This document shows positions 53,201 to 59,985 of a stretch of 64,000 bases of DNA, piece after piece. The notes under the pieces were generated by a model. The model had not been told where the DNA came from. It was given only the letters and a program-made list of their open reading frames with translations, and ran no database searches. Source of the DNA: Amphiscolops sp. MND2022 (Eukaryota). Each line of letters starts with the position of its first letter. Within the stretch, counting starts at the first letter, position 1. The translations under genes were made by a program, and so were the position numbers. The stretch is taken from positions 66,528,001 through 66,592,000 of the forward strand of contig OZ076409.1 in NCBI GenBank assembly GCA_964187785.1, read 5' to 3'.

Positions 53201-56200
53201 CCGCTTTTTGACTTTGAAGATGTGCAAAGACAAAAAATGTGCCAAAAAAAGCCTACATGCGAATTTTGATCGTTATAACCCAACTATATTACGTTATATC
53301 AGAAAATGTTTTCAGTATTAAGTTTGACAACTTGAAAAAAATTTTACCTCCGCGGGATCCAAAGGTTTGACACTTTGCCCACCAAATAGACTTGCCCAAC
53401 TAATCTGAGTAGCCACTGTACCAAGTGAATAGGACATATGTTCAGAATGAACTCATTTACTTGAATTATAGTCAAAACTAACTTCTGTCAAATTTTGATG
53501 AAAAAAATATCCCCACTGAAACTATTTTTTTTGTTTTTCCGGGAACAAAAAATAAAGATTAGTAAAAGCTTTGAATTAGACATTTTCTCATGCTGTGTCA
53601 AAGACTGAAATGGGCCTGTTAAGAGCTTGAGAGTATTCAAAAACACTATAGGTAGCCTGGAACTCCCTAAGTAGGAAGTCAAAACTGCTAATCGTTTGGT
53701 GCCAACTCTATTAAATGAACCATGTGGTATTTTCTTCGGCTTTTTGTCGTCAGTAATTGACCACTTCTTTTTTTCTATATACCGTATTTCTTCGAATATA
53801 AGTCGCCTCCGAATATAGGCGGCCCCCGATTAGAAGCCGTATAAAGCCTGAAAATTTTATCCTAAAACCATAGCTTTCCGTATTTCTTCCAATATAGGCC
53901 GCGAAATCATTACGAAAAACAACATACAAGCCGCGGCCTGTATCCGAAGAAATACGGTAAACAGCTATGAATATACAGTCAGTTTGTTTCCAAGTGATGT
54001 TTGTTTTGGTGTAGGTGTCAGCTGCTGAAGCGAGACGTGCCTCTGCTGATGGTGAATCTGGTGTTTGAAGAGAGCAACAACCAGATCAAGTACCAGACCT
54101 CGGAGTTCGCCAAACTCTACCAAGTTGTCTCTATCCTCGTCAGGTGCTGCGACCTCATGCCTTACTGCGAGCCTTCGTCTGGCAAAGAAGTTTGTACACA
54201 CAAAGCCATCTATTGAAAAAATCTTCATGTCTTTTGCAGTACCTTCTCGATCTTTTTGATTTTTGAAAGAGGCTAGTGAACTTCCTGTCGTCTCCGACAA
54301 TCACTCAAGCAAAATTCTGTTCATTTCTCGTATTGCGTTTCCAAATTATCGGAAGGCCCAACTTTGTCATAAATTTGCTCTTAGATGTCTCGAACTTTGC
54401 TTGGTAAGGCCTACTCCGGTGTTTTTTTTAAATCCTTTGGTTGCCGAATGGTTCACCGCGGTTCCAAATTTTTGGATCCATACATCAAAACCGTCAATCA
54501 TACCTGAAGAAATTGTAATCGAGAAATTGAGATGTACATCTCCATTTCTCGATTACAATTTCTTCAGGTATGATTGACGGTTTTGATGTATGGATCCAAA
54601 AATTTGGAACTGCGGTGAACCATTCGGCAACCATACGTTGAGTGCCTTTGCATTCATCAAATTAGATTAATTCGGTTCTCTGATCGTAGAACTTTACCTA
54701 ATATAAGTTGCGATTGATTTGCTTTGTCTTACTTTCAATTGCATTTTGGCACATGAGGAACGACCTTAAGAGTAAACCTATAGATGTCATAAATTTAAAT
54801 GGCATCAATTACATTTTTTAGTGATTTTTTTAAAAACATTGTTTGTAAATCGTCATGTGTGCGAAATGTCAGTAGATGTTTTATAATCTTCTTTTGGCAT
54901 ATTACTGTAGCATTTCTGTTTACGTTTGGTGTTTTAGATTCATCAAATGATGGCGAATCGGTACGGAGACCGAGACTTGGAGATACCGGTGCCAATCTCG
55001 GTTGGTCTCAAGGAGCGGTTGTTGGATGAGACAGTGTACGTCAAGAGAATCATCGAGGAGTGCCCCAACACCGAAGAAACCTGCTTCCTCATTTGTGTTA
55101 GTCAATAAACTGCATTTTATGAAACTGAAAATGAACAGGCTTATTTCATTGTTCAATTCGTTTTTTTCTCAGACTTGTATCGTCAACATTTTATTCCCTG
55201 GCTTAGTATCAGTTTTTTTCTTGTGGTACTTCAATTCTATTGATGGATGTTTTTTAGTCGGCGCTTTTCTTGAGAAAAGAGTCGACTATAGTCATGGTTT
55301 TTCGTCAGTGTTTTTTTTTCGATACACTTGAAGTGACCAAAATAGTTCTACCAAAAGTTCTACAAAATTTTAAGACGCAAAATTGTACCTTTTGGCCTAG
55401 GGAACTGGACTATAAGAGTTGTTCCTTTTTTAGCATAACATACAAAACTGGATGAGACTAAAGGGTACAACGTCATCCCTTTCAGTTTTTTTCGACATTG
55501 CGAGATTTTTTTCACCAAAAGGTTCTCCCTTCAATTTTTTTTATTTGCGACAGAATGTATGAAAAATCTCAAAGTGTCCCCCCTGGCGCGTCAACCGATC
55601 CAACTTTTGGGTTTCTCGGGTACTGTGGAAGAGAATACTTTGACACTTTGAAGTCCTTTTGCTATTTTTGAGCCTTAGATATGGCGCCGACTTGGGCCGT
55701 TCCCGGCTTGTTTTCTTATGAACTTAACATAAACATACCAGCCTGTCGATAGGCAAACATACCAATGATGTCCAATTATATTCTTTTTAATTCAAAATTC
55801 AAGTTTGAATTGAGAATTCTATAAGAAACATAAATTGAAGTTTAAAGTGGCTGAGAAATGAAATTTAAAAATCACTACACGTTTGATGGTAAAATTGCGG
55901 ACCAAAGTTTTTTGAAAACAAGCCGGGAACGGCCCAAGTCGGCGCCATGTCCAAGGCTCAAAAATAGCAAAAGGACTTCAAAATTTCCAAGTATTGGTGA
56001 ATTGGGACTACTTTTATGAAAAAAATTTAGAAAAAAAGTCTCACAATGCCAAAAAACTGACAGGGGGGACCCTTTGGGGTTTTTCAACATCCATTCTGTC
56101 GCAAAACATCAGAAAATTGAAGGGTGAAAAATTTTTTATTTTCGGAAAAAAAGTCTCACAATGCCGAAAAAAACTGAAAGGGAGGACCCTTTGGGATTTT

Positions 56201-59200
56201 TCAACATCCATTCTGTTGCAAATTTCCAGAAAAACTGAAAGGGAGGACCCTTTGGGATTTTTCAACATCCATTCTGTTGCAAAACTCCAAAAAAAATTGA
56301 AGGGGGGCCTTTCATGGTGAAAAAAGTTTTTTTTGAAAAAAGTCGCACAGTGCCGAAAAAATGGACCCTTTGGTCTCGTCCGGTATTGTATGTTACGCGG
56401 GAAACATTTTTGGTTCAGTTCCTTGGGCCAACAGGTACATTTTGGCGTCTTCTGGAACTTTTGGTAGAACTATTTTGGTCAGTTCAGGTGGTCTTAAAAA
56501 AACACTGACGAAAAGCCATGACTATAGTCGACTCTTTTCTAAAGAAAAGCGCCGACTAAAAACTGAAGTCGTTTTCTGCAGTAGTATGCGAGTGTATACC
56601 GGAACCGGTAACTGCCACTTAGGAAAGTGTGGCTCAATACTTACAACGACATTTCAGTTCGCAAATTTACAACTGCTGATTCACGTGTTGAACTATTTTC
56701 AAAAAGTAGATTTGTTGAATTTTAAATTGGGTCTTTCGTGCAAGACTTCATTCTATAAATAAGAAGTAAGATTACAGGCTTCAGTCAAATAGTTATAATA
56801 ATATAGTAATCAAGTAATTAAGCACGACTGACAGCACAAAAACACTTTACGAAATAAGAACAACTATGAAATAGGTTTAATGAATTAGCTTGTTTTGCAA
56901 GAAAAGGTCGAGGGATTTAGTGAAAGTGGTTTGAGGGTGGTCAAAATTCAGCACATGGTTTCTAATCGGCTCGTTTGCACTTTTAATAAACGATCGTGGA
57001 ACTATTCGTACTTGTGAACTTCTTGGCTATTGGCCTACAAAACCAAGAATTATAACTGCGAGTATGTATGGGCTTTGATTCCTTCTCTGTGGTGAATTTG
57101 TTGATTTTCTTATCTGTAGGCTTGGGTAAAACAATAGAAAGCCAAGAAAATTCCTGAAATTTTATCAATATTTAAATATTCATCACTGATCTCGACTACA
57201 TTTTTCATTGTAAATGCATGGGTCTTTCTTGCAAAAAGAAATCCACAATTTTGCCTTGGCTTTGATTGGCCCAAAACTAATTTCAAGACATTACCAATTG
57301 TATCTCCTGAAAAAGAAACGAAAGCATCGTGTTTGTTCATCAAAATGGAAGTTTTATTATTTAGTTGACCATAAAAAAGTATCTATTATGCATTCTTCGT
57401 TTCAAAAACCCGCCTCTGATGAAATGAAGTTCTGTGAATTCATTCTATTTAGAGGTTAAGTTTTGAATGTGAGTTTTGTTGCAGTACCTCTCTTGGGAGA
57501 ATGCGTCGTTCTCTGCGGCTGTGCTGACGGACATTCTGTGGCAAATCACCTTTGCATACGCAGCTGACCTCAAACCGTATTTGGATCTTCTTCTGGAAGT
57601 GCTAAAGATCCCTGACTCATGGCAGACGCATAGAATCATAAAGGCTTTAAAGGGCACGCCGAAAAAACAAGGTAAAAGTATGGCTCCGACGTTTCTTGAA
57701 TTGGCAAAATGCATTTTTGGGTTGAGTCAAAATATTTTGAACCCGTTGATATTATTAAGATTGACCTGTGGTTCCAAATTAGGTGCCAAATGTTACAAAA
57801 TTGTCCAAAATGATGTCCCATATGCCAATTCAGTAGTAAATGCAATCAATGAAAAATGAAATCAGGAAGTTTCTTCATTATTTGCAAACTTAGATATCAA
57901 GTGCCCAACAAAACTTTGGAATGTTTGTTTATTTGATTTTCAAAACTTGGATGATAGCAGAAACCAGAGCTAGTTTTGTTTTGGTCCAATTCTTTTTTTA
58001 CAAATAAAGGTTCAATTTATTTCTTACACTATTGTACTAATTGAAGTAGTTAAATCTGTTGAATGAACAAAATAGATTATCAGCCCTTAAAATTAATAGA
58101 ACATCATACTACTGTTTGGTTGAGTAATTTCCTAAAAGCATCCTTCTGCGCCAACAAACCGTCCATTCCTCAATTCCTTCGGCTAGCTGCCAGTTCTTTT
58201 GGCAGGCAATCAAAGAAAACAGTTACCTTGGTAGCGTGCAAAAGCGCATATATACCTTGCAGTGGAAAACAATTGTGTTCTAGACAGCAAAGATGGTTTG
58301 TTCGAAACAATTGAGAAAAGCAAGACGCATTTTGCAAGGCGAGCTTACCTGGCGATCAAGATGCTGACGAAGCTCTTCAGTCAGAGCCCACCGGCCCTCT
58401 CCATCCTGCGCCGGGATCCAGAGATCAAAAACCAGTGGCTGGTGGTCGTCGATTGGCTCAAACTCGAACTAAATCGCAACCAGGGATGAGCAATTGAATT
58501 TATCTCGACAGCGTTTCACGTAATCTAATGTCCCAATTTGCCAGGAGTGCCTTTATAACGAGCGGGGTCTGTCAGTTTTTGAAGGGAGACCTTTAGGCCA
58601 GATTTGATCGGTAAGGGAGTGGTCGAAGATTTGCAACCAAGTTGTACGGAACCGTTAAGGCAACCTGGGACACCACAGTAGGTGTACGGCAGCTTTATTG
58701 TTTATAGAGGTAAAAAAATGTAGGATCACATTGAATCTCGATGTTGATTGGAAAACCGATTGTAATACAGTCAGTTTTCAGTTATCCGGACCTTGTTCGA
58801 ATAGTTTTCACTTCTTCGATAGCGAGAGAAGCAAGAAATTATCGTAGTTTTTTTTGAAAAGCTGACCAAGATGCCATTGAGTGGCTGAAACTGTGCTTTT
58901 ACTGCCGATAAAATAAGTTTACTACCGATACAGGTTTTCTTTGCTTCATGGGCAAGGTTGGCCTGTTTTAAAACAATGTTTTAAAACACGCCAATAAAAA
59001 ACGTTTTAAAACATCAATAAAAAAACGTTTTGAAACATTTTATTAAACATTTTGAGATTTGATTAAGATAATTTATTGTTTTTTTATTTTCGATTGTTTT
59101 CACCCCCATATTTTTTGAATGTGATATATCGTTTATGTTCAAAAATTCGTTTATGTTCAATTCGTTCAAAGCTGAGATGCCAACTGGATAACGAAAAGAC

Positions 59201-59871
59201 AGCCAAACTCTGCTTTTTGTATCGCCAATTAAACAAGAAATAATTTTCTTTAATTCACATTTAATGTAATTAAAGATTAAGAAACAATAATATCCGTTTT
59301 TCTCAGTTTGAAGTGGAAAATTTTTAAAAAACAATAAAAAACAAAAAACATGTTTAATTGTTTAAAAAACTGTTTGTTTTATTTGATAAAAAACAAACAA
59401 ATGACCAACCCTGTTCACGGGCCGTTTTAAAATAGATTAATTAAAAGTAGCTGCGTTTTCATTGACGCACAACTGCGATGACCTTCGCCGAGTTTTCTTC
59501 GCTTTTCCTGTACCTTAAATTTTTGACAAAAATTCAATTGCCCATCCTTTGGTGATCAGTTTGCGATATCAAGCGGAGGTGGCAACCAGTACCAGAACTA
59601 CAACTACTCGTGGAACAATTCGGGGGCTGCCAATGGTGGCATAGGGGGAGTGTCAAATGAAACGGCCAATGGACACGCACTAGAGAGATCACCCAGTGCC
59701 AGACTCACCCTGCAGAAGGCGTCTGAGTTCATCCCCATTGCCAAGCCAGCGTCGCCCTCACCCGGAATTGCGGAGAAATCGTCGGCAACCACAGCTGCGT
59801 CTGTATCACCGGTGGGCTTAAACATTTCAGGGCTTTATTTAAGATATTGTTTTTATCCATGCGTTGTTTAA
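1771..59871 (+). CDS. USP9X: Ubiquitin carboxyl-terminal hydrolase USP9X/FAF-like, multi-exon gene (27 coding exons reconstructed; last exon may splice on at 59811)
   Basis: Exons are collinear with USP9X-family motifs: [48 protein letters not shown], Cys box [49 protein letters not shown], His box [51 protein letters not shown]. Phases close at all 26 junctions. Confidence 0.95.
2743..2855 (+). CDS. USP9X: USP9X exon 2
   Basis: [50 protein letters not shown]; not in the ORF track. Confidence 0.9.
6317..7184 (+). mobile_element. HINE/DINE-1-like (Helentron-associated) family A copy with a second family A copy nested at about 6372-6850
   Basis: 5' T-run+AGTCGGCGC with a nearby partial inverted copy (GCCCGACT); 3' GCGCCGACTT + hairpin (AGACG-TTCC-CGTCT or GCCG-TTCC-CGGC) + TGTT; sits in T-runs with no TSD. 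Confidence 0.75.
7502..7793 (+). mobile_element. HINE-like family C with an antisense tRNA-like cassette; near-identical partial copy at about 8970-9211 and inverted 3' end at 9647-9688
   Basis: Subterminal IRs CACATGACGAAG/CTTCGTCATGTG, 3' hairpin GCGAAGC-ACC-GCTTCGC; minus-strand TGGCACAGTGG...GGTTCGAATC. Confidence 0.6.
9212..9432 (+). mobile_element. 5'-truncated copy of the same LINE 3' end, with (ATA)-rich tail
   Basis: 9212-9380 is the reverse complement of 9716-9884; it follows a (TA)n run and ends TTTATAATAATAAAATAAT. Confidence 0.7.
9716..13600 (-). mobile_element. Decayed CR1/L2-group LINE (ORF1 remnant, APE endonuclease, RT), many frameshifts
   Basis: EN motifs RADR..KHGG, GDFNLP, CLDLIF, SNH; RT motifs [40 protein letters not shown]; internal ~108-bp tandem duplication at about 11130-11345; 5' boundary approximate. 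Confidence 0.9.
13794..14393 (-). CDS. Intact 199-aa ORF, SGNH/GDSL-hydrolase-like, probably retroelement-borne
   Basis: [10 protein letters not shown] (block I-like), GGLS (II), [10 protein letters not shown] (III), ILHP (V), Lys-rich tail; lies upstream of and co-oriented with the LINE. Confidence 0.45.
   Translation of the reverse strand: MVFIIGASSLRNTIVALPYHERRQFNGRTFSDGGLSFNSQNPDKKKVLHNLLNRGSLSRKKNIVIWHDLINNTVTPYRRKNSPSPVIPPLPIPNLLSILKSLKDRIAAVVYIQRFEDPQILQNLRSTKIITIDAFKQLISHRNRKNKILICNLRILHPKIINEARLLIALWSSRQNLKQFGPEKFKNKKKKKPSQKKEL
15481..15645 (+). CDS. USP9X: USP9X exon 3
   Basis: [24 protein letters not shown]...[11 protein letters not shown]...YQ|GTAATC. Confidence 0.9.
15890..17316 (+). 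mobile_element. HINE family A-type copy containing a tRNA-like cassette (16011-16075) and a nested piggyBac-like MITE (about 16320-16870)
   Basis: 3' end GGCGCCGACTTGGGACGTTCCCGTCTTGTT; MITE ends TAACCATAAGTTGACCA / TGGCCAAGTTAAGGTTAA; 5' boundary approximate. Confidence 0.6.
17644..17703 (+). CDS. USP9X: USP9X exon 4 (60 nt)
   Basis: [31 protein letters not shown]; fills the gap before GWLVDL. Confidence 0.8.
18220..18790 (+). mobile_element. piggyBac-like MITE, same family as 16320-16870 and 29780-30224
   Basis: Starts TTAA-CCCTAAGTGGACCA; internal sequence is homologous to the other two copies; right end unclear. Confidence 0.6.
19125..19240 (+). CDS. USP9X: USP9X exon 5
   Basis: [28 protein letters not shown]...LLAALL|GTGAGT. 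Confidence 0.9.
19965..20340 (+). CDS. USP9X: USP9X exon 6
   Basis: [15 protein letters not shown]...[18 protein letters not shown]...DKLA|GTAAGA. Confidence 0.9.
20681..21254 (-). mobile_element. HINE family A copy
   Basis: AACAAGCCGGGACCGGCCAAGTCGGCGCC...GCGCCGACTAAAAA. Confidence 0.75.
21469..22505 (-). mobile_element. HINE family A copy with an oppositely oriented family A fragment inside (about 22030-22481)
   Basis: AACAAG..GAGTCGGCGCC start, GCGTCGACTAAAAA end; internal AGCGCCGACTTTAAACGTTCCCGTCTTGTT. Confidence 0.6.
26330..27052 (+). mobile_element. 3' fragment of a non-LTR retrotransposon ORF2 (decayed)
   Basis: [40 protein letters not shown] and C-terminal [14 protein letters not shown] knuckle; stop codon and frameshift present. 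Confidence 0.75.
27737..28203 (+). mobile_element. HINE family A copy
   Basis: TAGTCGGCGCC...AGCGCCGACTTGAGACGTTCCCGTCTTGTT. Confidence 0.75.
28305..28476. mobile_element. Tc1/mariner(pogo)-type MITE
   Basis: TA-CAGTGGATCCCGGATATA ... TATATCCAGGAGCCACTG-TA. Confidence 0.75.
28564..29354 (+). CDS. USP9X: USP9X exon 7
   Basis: [28 protein letters not shown]...VKEGS|GTTAGA. Confidence 0.92.
29780..30224. mobile_element. piggyBac-like MITE nested in a degenerate HINE family A copy (about 29445-30283)
   Basis: Perfect 15-bp TIR CCCTAAATGGACCAG / CTGGTCCATTTAGGG, flanked by TTAG and TTAA. Confidence 0.8.
30660..31895 (+). CDS. USP9X: USP9X exon 8 (includes Ubl-like segment; ends at GG donor)
   Basis: [20 protein letters not shown]...LWNTI; ends ATAAG|GGATGAG. 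Confidence 0.88.
32010..32734 (+). mobile_element. HINE family A copy (degenerate)
   Basis: Family internal GGGTCCCC/CGGCACT-type motifs; 3' GACTTGGGCCGTTCCCCTTGCTTGTT. Confidence 0.65.
33174..33393 (+). CDS. USP9X: USP9X exon 9
   Basis: CCAG|(R)[24 protein letters not shown]...SRLFQ|GTGAGT. Confidence 0.88.
33788..34367. mobile_element. piggyBac-like MITE nested in the hAT element
   Basis: TTCA-CCCCAATTGACCT ... AGGTTCATTGGGG-TTAA. Confidence 0.65.
34914..36168 (+). mobile_element. HINE family A copy interrupting the hAT transposase
   Basis: TTTTTAGTCGGCGC...GGCGCCGACTTTGGCCGTTCTCGGCTTGTT; transposase ORF pieces abut both ends. Confidence 0.8.
35205..35910 (+). mobile_element. HINE family B with internal 172-bp tandem repeats (about 3 units)
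   Basis: subTIR AGGAGTCGG/CCGACTCCT, 3' hairpin CCGCATATGCGG; GGCATCAAAATCGTATGG recurs at 35383 and 35555. Confidence 0.8.
37105..37282. mobile_element. hAT-type MITE with AGCGAT subterminal repeats
   Basis: 8-bp TSD GCTATAAC; imperfect TIR CAAGAGATGTGA / TCACACCTCTG. Confidence 0.75.
38019..38110 (+). CDS. USP9X: USP9X exon 10
   Basis: [42 protein letters not shown]. Confidence 0.88.
38329..38515 (+). CDS. USP9X: USP9X exon 11
   Basis: [24 protein letters not shown]...FEGLE|GTCTGG. Confidence 0.8.
38818..39416 (+). CDS. USP9X: USP9X exon 12
   Basis: [14 protein letters not shown]...[14 protein letters not shown]...DSFF|GTCAGT. Confidence 0.85.
39473..40117 (+). mobile_element. HINE family B, second copy with 172-bp tandem repeats
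   Basis: Near-identical to 35205-35910; unit marker at 39637, 39809, 39981. Confidence 0.8.
40567..40822 (+). CDS. USP9X: USP9X exon 13
   Basis: [15 protein letters not shown]...SSLIQ|GTTAAT. Confidence 0.85.
40971..41451. mobile_element. MITE with ~21-bp TIR
   Basis: ATATTGGACCATGTGTTCAAT / ATTGAACATATGGTCCAATAT. Confidence 0.7.
42661..43257 (+). CDS. USP9X: USP9X exon 14, catalytic Cys box (3' end ambiguous: 43257 with GC donor or 43215 with GT donor)
   Basis: [16 protein letters not shown]...[23 protein letters not shown]. Confidence 0.88.
43702..43889 (+). CDS. USP9X: USP9X exon 15 (ends at GG donor)
   Basis: [24 protein letters not shown]...[14 protein letters not shown]; ends GACAG|GGATGTT. 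Confidence 0.88.
44545..45463 (+). mobile_element. HINE family A copy with a nested MITE
   Basis: GTCGGCGCC...GGCGCCGACTTGGGACGTTCCCGTCTTGTT; B-box-like GGTTCGATTC near 44705. Confidence 0.75.
44739..45150. mobile_element. Merlin-like (GG...CC) MITE
   Basis: ~31-bp TIR GGCTCTTTTCTGTTTTCCCCCCCACCACCAA; 8-bp TSD GTTTTTTA; superfamily inferred from termini only. Confidence 0.75.
45633..45879 (+). CDS. USP9X: USP9X exon 16
   Basis: GATAG|(S)VDEATKHLG...[17 protein letters not shown]...[15 protein letters not shown]. Confidence 0.9.
45967..46410. mobile_element. hAT-type MITE with ATACACG subterminal repeats
   Basis: TIR CAGTGAATTGT / ACAATTCACTG; 8-bp TSD CCTGCAAT. Confidence 0.85.
46966..47361. 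mobile_element. Mutator-like MITE
   Basis: 9-bp TSD CTGTGCGTA; G.../...C termini; IR GACGGTTCACTAAGCCGACCAAA / TTTGGTCGGCTTAGTGAACCGTC. Confidence 0.8.
47582..47759 (+). CDS. USP9X: USP9X exon 17
   Basis: [35 protein letters not shown]...AKIE|GTTTTA. Confidence 0.92.
48353..48576 (+). CDS. USP9X: USP9X exon 18
   Basis: CTTAG|GEIIRDD...[20 protein letters not shown]. Confidence 0.88.
48966..49065. repeat. ~100-bp imperfect palindrome
   Basis: CTATTGCAAAAG...TAGTGAAATGAAT / ATTCATTTCACTA...CTTTTACAATAG. Confidence 0.8.
49128..49674 (-). mobile_element. HINE family A copy
   Basis: AACAAGCAGGGAACGGCCAAAATCGGCGCT...GCGCCGACTAAAA. Confidence 0.75.
50015..50237 (+). CDS. USP9X: USP9X exon 19, catalytic His/Asp box
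   Basis: [19 protein letters not shown]...[12 protein letters not shown]...NQWFGG...|GTTAGT; frame not in the ORF track. Confidence 0.92.
50762..51232 (+). CDS. USP9X: USP9X exon 20
   Basis: TTTAG|(S)[16 protein letters not shown]...[10 protein letters not shown]...SSCQ|GTACGG. Confidence 0.9.
51599..51985 (+). CDS. USP9X: USP9X exon 21
   Basis: ATCAG|...[14 protein letters not shown]...[12 protein letters not shown]...IQQ|GTTAGT. Confidence 0.88.
52794..52959 (+). CDS. USP9X: USP9X exon 22
   Basis: TGCAG|...LKLSDYIV...[10 protein letters not shown]...PDQ|GTGCTA. Confidence 0.88.
53782..53957. mobile_element. Tc1/mariner-type MITE
   Basis: TA-CCGTATTTCTTCG ... CGAAGAAATACGG-TA. Confidence 0.8.
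54015..54189 (+). CDS. USP9X: USP9X exon 23
   Basis: [15 protein letters not shown]...[22 protein letters not shown]...GKE|GTTTGT. Confidence 0.88.
54438..54633. repeat. 196-bp loopless palindrome
   Basis: Centred on GATGT|ACATC (54531-40); the arms differ at about 2 positions. Confidence 0.95.
54938..55096 (+). CDS. USP9X: USP9X exon 24
   Basis: [17 protein letters not shown]...[28 protein letters not shown]; frame not in the ORF track. Confidence 0.88.
55250..55712 (+). mobile_element. HINE family A copy
   Basis: TTTTTAGTCGGCGC...GGCGCCGACTTGGGCCGTTCCCGGCTTGTT. Confidence 0.8.
55917..56561 (-). mobile_element. HINE family A copy, inverted relative to 55250-55712
   Basis: AACAAGCCGGGAACGGCCCAAGTCGGCGCC...GCGCCGACTAAAA. 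Confidence 0.8.
57485..57671 (+). CDS. USP9X: USP9X exon 25
   Basis: [15 protein letters not shown]...LKPYLDLLL...[14 protein letters not shown]...|GTAAAA. Confidence 0.92.
58284..58483 (+). CDS. USP9X: USP9X exon 26 (ends at GG donor)
   Basis: [20 protein letters not shown]...[11 protein letters not shown]; ends CCAG|GGATGAG, and read-through hits TGA after one codon. Confidence 0.88.
58953..59413. mobile_element. hAT-type MITE with AAAAC-rich subterminal repeats
   Basis: CAAGGTTGG / CCAACCCTG termini; 8-bp TSD TTCATGGG/TTCACGGG. Confidence 0.75.
59560..59811 (+). CDS. USP9X: USP9X exon 27 (ends at CCG|GTGGGC donor, or runs to stop at 59871)
   Basis: [25 protein letters not shown]...[25 protein letters not shown]. 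Confidence 0.85.
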
Positions 59872-59985
59872 ATGTCCTAAAGCTCTAACTTCGTATATTT
59901 AAAATCAATTGCTCTATACTGGAATCAGTGTTTTCACTCACTAATGTAAATTCGCTTTTCTAAAATTGATTTTCAGATGTAAGTT

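Noticed and set aside
31896..59559. GG introns as U12-type introns
   Set aside because: No RTATCCTT donor and no TCCTTAAC branch consensus.
1771..59871. USP9X as a pseudogene because GT donors are missing
   Set aside because: All exons are open, catalytic Cys/His/Asp motifs are intact, and the non-GT donors share one motif.
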